UHGV virus genome: UHGV-2198558
Origin: a virus
Strand: one strand, 5' to 3'
Length of the DNA: 45,555 nt
In this document: piece after piece, positions 1 to 8,140 of the stretch
How the letters are laid out: every line of letters starts with the position of its first letter
How positions within the stretch are numbered: the stretch's first letter is position 1
Position numbers and translations under genes: made by a program
Notes under the pieces: generated by a model
The model's database searches: none
The model's input: the letters and a program-made list of their open reading frames with translations, nothing else
Told to the model about the DNA's origin: nothing

Positions 1-81
1 TGTCGGAGGTGCTTCTGGAAAATCAGAATTGATTCCAGCCGAAATCATATTTTCAAGAGGCTCAAATGTATTTGCACTCAT
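1..81 (-). CDS. Partial CDS (first 27 codons, MSANTFEPLENMISAGINSDFPEAPPT...) running off the left edge; downstream partner of the GHKL ATPase gene
   Basis: ATG at 81..79 overlaps the stop of the upstream GHKL gene (ATGA arrangement), open frame to position 1. Function unknown. Confidence 0.35.
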   Translation of the reverse strand, partial: MSANTFEPLENMISAGINSDFPEAPPT

Positions 82-1538
82 ATTCCGAACTCCTTTTTTA
101 TAGTTTTAACAGCATTAGGATAATTGATATAAGGTTCTATCGTTTCAAGCATTTCCAACATTCGCTTCTGAGCTTCAAGCGAAGATTGTACTGCAAGAAC
201 ATCCCTTATCATCTGTATTATTTCCTTTTCTGCTAGAATTTGGTCGTTTTTAATTTGCTCATCATTATTTAAATCTATATATAACTGATTTAACGGCAAA
301 GATGATTCAATTAAGTGAAGTAGACTCTCTAATAACTTTTGGGCAGACTCGGGATTGCTACGAATCTGTTCTACCACGGGGTGATCTCGGTTGATTTCAT
401 AATAAAAGCCACCTTTTGCTGCTTTCATCCGGTTCCATACGTGCGAAATTGAATCATCCGTTTCCTTTTTCCCTCGGAACACCCAAGTCCGTTTACTTTT
501 CTCTGCTATTTTCTCGATTATTAATTCAAGATTCTTTCGCACCTCCGCAGGCGGTAGAGCAGAGGATTTCTTTATATCCAATGTCCATAAATCATCCAAC
601 GTGTTGGGGATATCTACTTGGATACGGGCGAGCTTTGACAAGTCTCCCTTTCTCATCATTCTAAACCATGTACCCCATACAAGAAGGCGTTTATTTCTAT
701 AAACATAGAACCCCTGTTGTTTCCTTAATCCGTCCTTTCCGCCTAATCGCTTGATTTCCTCTGCCGTCATTTTTGATGTGTGTGGTAAAATATACGGTCT
801 GACAATTATTTTCTCCCCACGAATTTTAAGTATTTCATCATCCATAGGTTGCTGACTTTTACCAGATAAGAATGGATCAAACGGTACTATAGCAGTATTA
901 TTGATGCTAATTTTTATTTTTTTAAGTCCTGTTTCTCCAGATAGATACCTATGGAATACAAGTGAGATATGTTCTCTGACACCATCTATCTTTTTTCCAA
1001 GGACCTCTTCAAAGTTTATCTCACCTGATTTCAGCCGATCCAACTCCTGCCACACAATTAGTGTTCCAGATTCATATTGACACAAAGCTTCAAAATGCGG
1101 AACTGTATGCATCTCATCGGAGTCAAGTACAATTAATGACCATTGACCAGTTTGTGCAACATAGTCGATATCCCATCTTCTTCCTTCGATACTATTACCT
1201 TTCTTAGAGATAACAGTGAGGACTCGACACTGCGATAATGATGCAGTTTTTAATCCTAAACCAAATCTTCCAAGGTCATTTGTAGCTCTTATATCTAATG
1301 GATTTCTGCTTCCATATTGCATAGCTTTATCAATTTCAGGTGCATCCATACCGTTACCATTATCTAGCACAGCTATGTAAGCATCACCGACAGGGAAGAA
1401 AAATATATCTATATTCTCAGAGCAGGCAGCAATACTATTATCGATAATATCTGCTATTGCTGCATCTAACGTATAACCGATTGCCCTTGTAGATTCAATC
1501 AATGTGGGTGCATATGGCGGTAGTTCTATAGTGTGCAT
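78..1538 (-). CDS. GHKL-type (HATPase_c, MORC-like) ATPase
   Basis: N-terminal motifs IDNSIAA, LDNGNGMD, GRFGLGLK typical of the Bergerat ATP-binding fold. Start moved to ATG 1538 (MHTIELPP), which is preceded by GGAGGGAG at 6 nt spacing; the ORF-track start at 1589 lies upstream of the predicted transcription start. Confidence 0.75.
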   Translation of the reverse strand: MHTIELPPYAPTLIESTRAIGYTLDAAIADIIDNSIAACSENIDIFFFPVGDAYIAVLDNGNGMDAPEIDKAMQYGSRNPLDIRATNDLGRFGLGLKTASLSQCRVLTVISKKGNSIEGRRWDIDYVAQTGQWSLIVLDSDEMHTVPHFEALCQYESGTLIVWQELDRLKSGEINFEEVLGKKIDGVREHISLVFHRYLSGETGLKKIKISINNTAIVPFDPFLSGKSQQPMDDEILKIRGEKIIVRPYILPHTSKMTAEEIKRLGGKDGLRKQQGFYVYRNKRLLVWGTWFRMMRKGDLSKLARIQVDIPNTLDDLWTLDIKKSSALPPAEVRKNLELIIEKIAEKSKRTWVFRGKKETDDSISHVWNRMKAAKGGFYYEINRDHPVVEQIRSNPESAQKLLESLLHLIESSLPLNQLYIDLNNDEQIKNDQILAEKEIIQMIRDVLAVQSSLEAQKRMLEMLETIEPYINYPNAVKTIKKEFGI

Positions 1539-1594
1539 ATTTTCTCCCTCCAGTATAGATATAATTTGCGAACGGGTAAAATACCCCATAATCT

Positions 1595-1623
1595 ACTATA
1601 CCACAATCTGCTGATTTTTTCAA
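1595..1623 (-). promoter_or_regulatory. Sigma-70-type promoter for the GHKL operon
   Basis: Minus strand reads TTGAAA, 17-nt spacer, TGgTATAGT (extended -10). Confidence 0.45.
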
Positions 1624-1719
1624 TACACGATCCGCACTTTTTCAGAAAAAAGTAGGTGTTTTGTTTCCTTTCATTTTGTAAAGAGTTACTTTTTTCTCTT
1701 GACAAATCATGATAAGATG

Positions 1720-1768
1720 CGAAAAACTCTGTGCAAGCATCGGACATCAGTGTCCATTTGCACAGAGT
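1720..1768 (-). terminator. Rho-independent terminator after the HExxH-protein gene
   Basis: Perfect 11-bp inverted repeat actctgtgcaa / ttgcacagagt (1726-1736 / 1758-1768), followed on the minus strand by a U-run (plus-strand gaaaaa 1721-1726). Confidence 0.6.
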
Positions 1769-1801
1769 CTTATTCTATGATTTACTTTCTCTACGGACTT
1801 A

Positions 1802-2899
1802 TCACTCCGAATACTCTCTCGCCATCTCTTTTATCTTCTCAACCATCATATCGCTGATGCAGCTTCCGATCTTCTCTAAAGTGTCCTCGTCCATCAACCA
1901 GAAACCTTTCTTATTAAGGTGTGCATCAAGTATCTTATACATTTTCCACATATGCGGCTGATAACACTCTGGTATATCGCTGATGCAGGTCGGCTCTATG
2001 TTTTCATCGGGATAAACGCCGCCATTGATCTTCAGCTTACCCTCGTTAGCGGCATTTACAAATAATATCGTCAGATCGTCTGTGAGCAATTTTGCGAAGT
2101 AGTGGGCAAGCGCATACTCATCAATGGTGTGCGAATAGTAGTAAAGCGTTGCTTCAAGAAAATCCTCTAACTGATTTACTATCCCGCCCCATACATCTGT
2201 TGTCCAGTCGAGCATTTCCGGATGATAGCTGTCACCGCCGGAGCGAATCGTATAGCTGACATGGTTTGCGATTACTTCTGCGATAAACTCCTGCCAGAAC
2301 CAGTAGCCTTCCTGCTTTCGGCGTTCACTGCTGTATCTGCAGCCGTCGATTGCTGCATCATATAAAGGAGAATCATCTATCAGACCGGGTTCATTATAAC
2401 GGTGCAGATCATCTACCTCTGCATTGATAGTGTAGAAATGCCCAAGTTCATGCCAGAAGAAATGTTCAAAATAAACACGCAGCTCGAAGTCGTCATGCAC
2501 AGGCAAGTCTGCCACAAGCTCCCTGCGAATCAGAATCGCATTGCCTTTCTCACCGTGTATGTATTCCATGATGGAGTCAGGCGGTTCCTCTGTATGAGGA
2601 CAGCCGATGCTTTTGATGATCTTCTTTCTTGTCCGGGAATAACTGCTTGCAGTTGAAGTATACACCGGCGGAAACGGAATGCCGAGATCAGGCATGATCT
2701 GCTCAAACTGCATCTTTGCCATTTCAGCCCAGTAAAGAATCGTTGCTTCGGGTATCGGGCGCGGCTTTGGCAGTTCAGCAGGATGTGCGGTATCTTCGCC
2801 GTTAGTACGCTCGGCAAATTCAAGCATACTCTTTACAAAATCAAGCGGCAAGCCTTTTTCTTCTGCCAGCTTCTGTGCTTCGACTTCAAGTTCATTCAT
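1802..2899 (-). CDS. Hypothetical protein with HExxH motif (FFWHELGHF), possible zinc metallopeptidase
   Basis: 365-aa ORF; AGGAG 8 nt upstream of ATG 2899; own promoter and terminator. The HExxH assignment is a motif-level inference only. Confidence 0.6.
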   Translation of the reverse strand: MNELEVEAQKLAEEKGLPLDFVKSMLEFAERTNGEDTAHPAELPKPRPIPEATILYWAEMAKMQFEQIMPDLGIPFPPVYTSTASSYSRTRKKIIKSIGCPHTEEPPDSIMEYIHGEKGNAILIRRELVADLPVHDDFELRVYFEHFFWHELGHFYTINAEVDDLHRYNEPGLIDDSPLYDAAIDGCRYSSERRKQEGYWFWQEFIAEVIANHVSYTIRSGGDSYHPEMLDWTTDVWGGIVNQLEDFLEATLYYYSHTIDEYALAHYFAKLLTDDLTILFVNAANEGKLKINGGVYPDENIEPTCISDIPECYQPHMWKMYKILDAHLNKKGFWLMDEDTLEKIGSCISDMMVEKIKEMAREYSE

Positions 2900-2940
2900 G
2901 CGCTTTACTCCTTGTAAAATAGTACAATAATTTATTTTTT

Positions 2941-2969
2941 ATTATAGCACAATTGCCGCCTGTTTTCAA
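2941..2969 (-). promoter_or_regulatory. Sigma-70-type promoter for the HExxH-protein gene
   Basis: Minus strand reads TTGAAA, 17-nt spacer, TGcTATAAT, then about 35 nt to the RBS and ATG. Confidence 0.5.
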
Positions 2970-2990
2970 GCCTTTAGAGAGCGTTTTCAT

Positions 2991-3038
2991 ATAAAAACTC
3001 AGGCTCTGTGAGAAGACACTATACCTCTCACAGAGCCT
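2991..3038 (-). terminator. Rho-independent terminator after the SRAP gene; also the boundary between the AT-rich island and the prophage body
   Basis: Perfect 13-bp inverted repeat aggctctgtgaga / tctcacagagcct with a 12-nt loop; U-run on the minus strand (plus-strand aaaaa 2993-2997). Confidence 0.55.
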
Positions 3039-3045
3039 CTATTCA

Positions 3046-3681
3046 TTATACAGCCTTTTCCATCACTACCTCAGTCAAAGCCCTCTTGCATATCTCAGCA
3101 GGATTCCCGTTCGGCTTTATCCAGCTTTCAACGTCCTCTCTACTCAGTATCACCGGCATTCGGTCGTGGATGCTTCTCAGTTCCTCGGTTGCGTCCCGTG
3201 TGATTACCGCAAACACCGGGCAATTAACTCCGTTTCTCTCCTCGATCCTATACAACAGCCCAGCAAGCAGCGTAGATTCGGCTCCTTTCGGCTGTATCAG
3301 GTATTTATCGCCAACCTTCTTCTTTTTCCCGTCCGGACTCCTGAAATGCTCCCATTCAAAGTACCAACTGCTCGGAATTACGCATCTACTTCGGAACCAT
3401 GAGTCCTTCCACATTTCCTTCTGGTCAGCCGTTTCGAGGCGGCAGTTCACGATTGGAGCATCGGTCGCGTCATGACTGAAACCCCAGAGCATCGGAAAAA
3501 CTTCCATTCTTCCGTCCTTATTCGGTGCTAAAACCGCAGCAACATCAGTCGGACGCAGTTCACCGGACATAAACAGCGGTTTGCCGAGTTTTACCATGAT
3601 AGTATTCGCTAGCTCCAGTTTCTGTGCCCGTGTGATCAGCGGAGCGAACTGAGCAGGCTCTACATAGAAGCGTGTACACAT
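3046..3681 (-). CDS. SOS response-associated peptidase (SRAP / YedK / DUF159 family)
   Basis: Begins MCTRF with Cys at position 2 (family hallmark), plus a conserved HDRMPVIL segment; 211 aa. Confidence 0.8.
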   Translation of the reverse strand: MCTRFYVEPAQFAPLITRAQKLELANTIMVKLGKPLFMSGELRPTDVAAVLAPNKDGRMEVFPMLWGFSHDATDAPIVNCRLETADQKEMWKDSWFRSRCVIPSSWYFEWEHFRSPDGKKKKVGDKYLIQPKGAESTLLAGLLYRIEERNGVNCPVFAVITRDATEELRSIHDRMPVILSREDVESWIKPNGNPAEICKRALTEVVMEKAV

Positions 3682-3695
3682 AAGACCACGACCTT

Positions 3696-4253
3696 TCAGC
3701 CTTCGATCATTCTCAGCTTATAGTGTTTTCGGCAGAGTGCTGTATAACTCTCATTACCGCCGAGCTGTACCTGTTCTCCCTCTGTGACCATTTCACCGTT
3801 CAGGAGTCTTGCATTGAAGTGCGCTCTTTTGCCGCACCAGCAGATGGTCTTGATCTGCTCAATATCGTCTGCAAGCTCCATGAGCCGCTGTGCGCCGGGA
3901 AACAGATGACTCTGGAAGTCTGTCCGCAGGCCGTAGCAGATAACTGTGATGCCATGAAAATCCACAAGATCACTGAGCTTGTCTATCATTTCAGGTGACA
4001 GGAACTGCACCTCGTCAACGATGATACAGTCATAATGCTCACCATTATAGTCAGCAAGGAAGTTTTCAGCAAACTCGCAGGGTTCTTCAAGTCCGATGCG
4101 GGATTTTAGGTTCTTCGCACCGTCCCTGTCCTCGCATCTCGGCTTCAGCAGAAGCACTTTTTTGTCTCTCTCATAGTAGTTATATCGAACCATAAGCGCA
4201 TTGGCGGTCTTGGAGCTGCCCATTGCGCCGTATCTGAATATCAGTTTTGCCAT
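3696..4253 (-). CDS. tdk: Thymidine kinase
   Basis: P-loop GAMGSSKT, VDEVQF, and C-terminal zinc-binding cysteines (CWCGKRAHF...CRKH); 185 aa. GAGGAG RBS sits inside the 3' end of the repressor gene. Confidence 0.88.
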   Translation of the reverse strand: MAKLIFRYGAMGSSKTANALMVRYNYYERDKKVLLLKPRCEDRDGAKNLKSRIGLEEPCEFAENFLADYNGEHYDCIIVDEVQFLSPEMIDKLSDLVDFHGITVICYGLRTDFQSHLFPGAQRLMELADDIEQIKTICWCGKRAHFNARLLNGEMVTEGEQVQLGGNESYTALCRKHYKLRMIEG

Positions 4254-4258
4254 CTGCC

Positions 4259-5131
4259 TTACTCCTCATCGTCCTCGTGCATGACTTCATATCGCTTGAT
4301 ATCTCTCTTGCTTGCAATGGAAGCGGGTTCAAGGATACCGAGAACGCGCCCGATCAGAGTGACATTGTCATATTCTGTGAATGTCATGGTATCATACTTA
4401 TCATTAAACGATACCAGACCTTCTTCCTCATATATCTTTATGTATGTACTGTTTCCAACCATGAAAGCGCCGACCTCATCGTATTGCAGCTCCGGACAGC
4501 CGGGATACTTCTCCACAAGAACAAGGTCGCCGTCATGATACTCAGGCTCCATACTGTCGCCGTTGACAGGAAACACAAGGTCTGCCTGCCGTATTGCTGT
4601 GTTCGTATTCGGATACAGATAGATCGGTGTTCCGTTGTCCTCAAACTCCGCCCCGCCGTCAAAGCCTGCTGCAAGCCCCTTGTCGCAGAGTGTCAGTTTG
4701 ATGATCTCCGGGAAGCTGCCGACAGTCTCTGCCGCTTCAAGCGAGGATAGCAGACTGTCCATTGCAAGCTGGTGCGGATACGACAGTCCACGGTATCTCT
4801 CTACCATAGACTTTTCCTTATCAGTATAGGTATCTTGCTTGTTTTCGATGCCATATAGTTCATACAGCGTGATACCAAGTGCGTCACATAGCTTAGGAAC
4901 AACGCTGAAATCCGGGCGGGTTCTTCCGTTCTCCCAGTTACTGATAGCATTTGAGGTCACGCCGATTTTTTCTGCAATCACTTTCTGATCTAATTTTAGA
5001 CGCTCCCTGTAGTATTTGATGCGACCGCCAACCGCGTGAGCGTCCTTACGGTGGGCAGGATCAGAGATGTTACTCTTAATATCCTTGCCTCCCTGTGAGA
5101 CTGAGATATTCGGTTTCTTACGCTGTTTCAT
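4259..5131 (-). CDS. Prophage repressor, CI/LexA-like (XRE-type HTH plus S24 self-cleaving peptidase domain)
   Basis: HTH segment IKYYRERLKLDQKVIAEKIGVTSNAISNWENG; S24 motifs VNGDSMEPEY and GDLVLV. Start set to ATG 5131 (AAGGAG 9 nt upstream); the ORF-track start at 5149 is a TTG. Confidence 0.85.
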   Translation of the reverse strand: MKQRKKPNISVSQGGKDIKSNISDPAHRKDAHAVGGRIKYYRERLKLDQKVIAEKIGVTSNAISNWENGRTRPDFSVVPKLCDALGITLYELYGIENKQDTYTDKEKSMVERYRGLSYPHQLAMDSLLSSLEAAETVGSFPEIIKLTLCDKGLAAGFDGGAEFEDNGTPIYLYPNTNTAIRQADLVFPVNGDSMEPEYHDGDLVLVEKYPGCPELQYDEVGAFMVGNSTYIKIYEEEGLVSFNDKYDTMTFTEYDNVTLIGRVLGILEPASIASKRDIKRYEVMHEDDEE

Positions 5132-5291
5132 TACAAAGCTCTCCTTCAAGAATGTATGGGATAGTCAATCCTCAAAACGAACAAATATTCTTATTGAAAT
5201 CTGTGCAACCCTACAAAGTTTATCAAAGACTTTTCAACGCTGAAAACGTTAGAAATGCGAAATTTGGCGTAGGCATTGCATCTTTGATCAC

Positions 5292-5320
5292 ATTATAGCA
5301 CACAATCGGTGTTTTGTCAA
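5292..5320 (-). promoter_or_regulatory. Repressor-operon promoter (consensus sigma-70)
   Basis: Minus strand reads TTGACA, 17-nt spacer, TGcTATAAT: a perfect consensus. Confidence 0.6.
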
Positions 5321-5333
5321 TACAAAATTGCAC

Positions 5334-5362
5334 TTGCAATTCGTTTGACGGTGTGATATAAT
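5334..5362 (+). promoter_or_regulatory. Divergent rightward promoter
   Basis: TTGCAA, 17-nt spacer, TGaTATAAT; back-to-back with the repressor promoter. ATTGCA-type repeats (5274-5339) are candidate operator half-sites. Confidence 0.5.
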
Positions 5363-5563
5363 AGCAATGTCGGTATTCCGCCTACAGGAAAATGAGACCG
5401 AAGGCTGGTGCAGTGTGTCCGTCTTAAGGTGTGTGACAGGACAGACTGCCGGTCAGAGTACCGACAACTTCGCCATCAACCCACTTCGCCACGATAGATA
5501 TACAGAACAATAGAATGGAGCTAATGTTGGAAATACCATAAGTTGCGAAACAGGAGGGCGTAA

Positions 5564-7492
5564 ATGACTATATATCTTGATAGAGGACCGTTTCTCACCA
5601 TTCCCGACAAGCTGCATTCGGGGCAGTACAGAGTGATCCGCAACCCCGACTGGCACGGAGTACTGCCGGAGATCGTGTCCTTCACCGATTTTCTCAAATG
5701 GAATTACACACTGGAGTATGGTCAGTATATCCGCAAATTGCACTACTACCACCAGCTTCCGCTGCCGTGGGTCGTTCCACAGGATGCCGAGATAGAAACT
5801 GTCATCATCGAGGAAGGCAGATATGACCGCATTGATCACAATTCCTTTGATATGTATGTGATATGCGATGTCGTGTTCGAGATGAACGGCTGCCGGCAGT
5901 GCCAGAAGTATATCGTACACGGCTTTTACTGCTCTTACGGCGGTTCAGACTTTCTGTGCGGTGCGGAGCTCTACAATGGTCAGTTTATCCGGCTGAACAA
6001 TCCCTTAGATGAGTTTCTGGTTCCCATCCTTTCAAAGAAAGAATTTGCAAGCATTGCACAAGCAATCATCGACCACTACTATTCATACAAATCGAATTAT
6101 CCCTGCCGCATCAATACTGCTTCAATTGCAAAGGCAATGGGTCACGATATAAAGTATGCCAGACTGTCAAAAAACGGAAATGTCAAGTCCAAGCTGATCC
6201 TGGACAAGCGGGATACGACCGTCTATGATAAGGAATACAAAGCTGTCAAAATGCGGATCGACAGTCCTACGATCCTTGTGGACGAGTCATTGGAGGAGGA
6301 TGAAGCGCAGAACGCCATTATTCATGAGTGCGTTCACGCTTACCTTCACAACCTCTTCTATGAGCTGCAGAGCTACTATCGGAAAATGGTCGGCAGGAAG
6401 ATGCCGGAGTTCAATGACTACTTCTATTCCAAGACGCAGCGTAGCTGCCTGAAATGGATGGAAACACAGGCAAATGCCATCCCACGCTTTATTCAGATGC
6501 CGGAGGAGCAGGCATCCGATGTCATCCTGAACTTCTTCGAGCGACTCCCCGGAGAGCCTGACTGGGACGATTACAGAGAACTGATCGACCTTGTGAAATG
6601 GAAGTTCGGAGTATCCCGCAATGCTGCGAAGAAGCGTATCATTGAGCTTGGCTGGCCGGAGGTGCGCGGTGTGTATGTCTACAACACCACAGGATATGTT
6701 GAGGACTACGATGTAGAGCTAAGATTCCCGCAGGACTATACCTATACACTGTCATTCCGCCAAATCTCTGATGTGTTTGCATCCTGCGAGACCTTCGCAG
6801 AGCTTGTCCGTTCCAAGAAGTTCATCTATCTGGACGGTCATGTTGTGATCAACAGCGACAGGTATATCCGCAAGGAACACGGCTTAGCTATGGGCTTGAC
6901 AGAGTATGCTAGACACCACATGGCAGAGTGCTGTCTGGATTTCAAGCGTATCTACGCAGAATTCGACTACAGCTATACCTATGGCGAGCTACACAAGGAT
7001 GACCTGACCGAGATCACGGCCGAAAACCGTTCGTTCAGCGATGAACAGCGAAAGAAGATCCGCATGGCAATGTATGAGATCACAGAAGAAAACTATAAAC
7101 TGACCGTTCCTTCAGATGTCAACGAATTCGGCAAGGCGGTGCGTTTCCATATGGAGAGATGCGGTCTCACCTCGGATCTGGTTGCAGACCGCAGCGGCAT
7201 GGGTGTGAACACTGTCAATAAGATGCGCAGTGGCAAGAGAGTGAAGCTCGAAACAGTGCTAGCTTTTTGTGTCGCTTTGGAGCTTGAAGAGTCGTTCCGC
7301 ATTGACCTTATGCAGAAAGCGAAGGTTGATTATGATATGAGCAATCCTGCCCATCGGCTCTATGTCACGATCTTTGAGCTGATGCCGAAGGCAAATGTCT
7401 TTCAGATCAACGATCTGCTGAAGGCAGAAGGCTTTACGCCGTGGACGAGGGACTGCGAGGAAAAGAAGCGGTATGCTAAGAAAAGTATGTAA
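5564..7492 (+). CDS. Large regulatory protein: HExxH (ImmA/IrrE-like) metallopeptidase motif plus C-terminal XRE-type HTH
   Basis: 642 aa; CAGGAGGG RBS; IIHECVHAYLH motif mid-protein; C-terminal HTH (GLTSDLVADRSGMGVNTVNKMRSGKR). Confidence 0.7.
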   Translation: MTIYLDRGPFLTIPDKLHSGQYRVIRNPDWHGVLPEIVSFTDFLKWNYTLEYGQYIRKLHYYHQLPLPWVVPQDAEIETVIIEEGRYDRIDHNSFDMYVICDVVFEMNGCRQCQKYIVHGFYCSYGGSDFLCGAELYNGQFIRLNNPLDEFLVPILSKKEFASIAQAIIDHYYSYKSNYPCRINTASIAKAMGHDIKYARLSKNGNVKSKLILDKRDTTVYDKEYKAVKMRIDSPTILVDESLEEDEAQNAIIHECVHAYLHNLFYELQSYYRKMVGRKMPEFNDYFYSKTQRSCLKWMETQANAIPRFIQMPEEQASDVILNFFERLPGEPDWDDYRELIDLVKWKFGVSRNAAKKRIIELGWPEVRGVYVYNTTGYVEDYDVELRFPQDYTYTLSFRQISDVFASCETFAELVRSKKFIYLDGHVVINSDRYIRKEHGLAMGLTEYARHHMAECCLDFKRIYAEFDYSYTYGELHKDDLTEITAENRSFSDEQRKKIRMAMYEITEENYKLTVPSDVNEFGKAVRFHMERCGLTSDLVADRSGMGVNTVNKMRSGKRVKLETVLAFCVALELEESFRIDLMQKAKVDYDMSNPAHRLYVTIFELMPKANVFQINDLLKAEGFTPWTRDCEEKKRYAKKSM

Positions 7493-7506
7493 TAACGGCA
7501 TTTTCA

Positions 7507-7531
7507 GGAGGCTTTCGAGCCTCCTTTTTTT
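7507..7531 (+). terminator. Rho-independent terminator
   Basis: ggaggct / agcctcc stem with a ttcg tetraloop, followed by TTTTTTT. Confidence 0.8.
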
Positions 7532-7794
7532 ATGCCCTGAAATATTTTCATGAAGCCCCCAGAAAAAATGGGGGCGATTTGCGTTTTTGAAATAGTTTAG
7601 AGACAGAATGTTCATAGAATATCCATTTAATTTAGATGATATGAACAAGTGAAGATGATATATCAAAGTTGAGATAAGCACAGTGCATAAAAAGCAGCCC
7701 CCATTTTTTATGTATGTAAAAGAAGATTCGGATATGTTATGATATAGACACGGTCAAGGACAGGCACCACCTTCCAAGACTGAAACACCACAAT

Positions 7795-7915
7795 GCCGGA
7801 TGCATACGGCAGAGGATGTTCATATGATATCTGAACAGAATGCCATAGGTATACCCTGTGGTCGGAAGCCGATGTCATATGTCTACTCTGTGCTATGCAT
7901 CCGGCTATTTTTTTT
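7795..7915 (+). ncRNA. Candidate structured RNA element or complex terminator
   Basis: Perfect 12-bp inverted repeat gccggatgcata (7795-7806) / tatgcatccggc (7894-7905), extended by cagag/ctctg, enclosing about 70 nt and followed by T9 (7907-7915). No ORF with an RBS in the surrounding 600-bp intergenic region. Confidence 0.25.
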
Positions 7916-8140
7916 GCCGCGGCATTCGGAGCATGGCAATTAGATCATTACATTTGTTAGTCAGGGCGCGCACTGGCGGACAGATGCTCATAGCGGAAAT
8001 AACATCACGATTTGGAGTCTGTATAGACTGACAAGGTGTATTTCGTGTGGACATCGTCCCCTGCGTGCCTTTTTCTCTGGGACAGCAGTCGCGTTATGGG
8101 CATCTGCCGCTTGGTGTGTTCCTTGCAGAAAGGAACGATT

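Noticed and set aside
1699-1720. Plus-strand TTGACA at 1699-1704 as a promoter
   Set aside because: The nearest -10-like hexamer (TAAGAT) is only 8 nt away, and no plus-strand gene follows.
7259-7681. 140-aa minus-strand ORF in the 7532-8140 intergenic region
   Set aside because: No RBS, AT-rich low-complexity translation, spans the terminator of the upstream gene.
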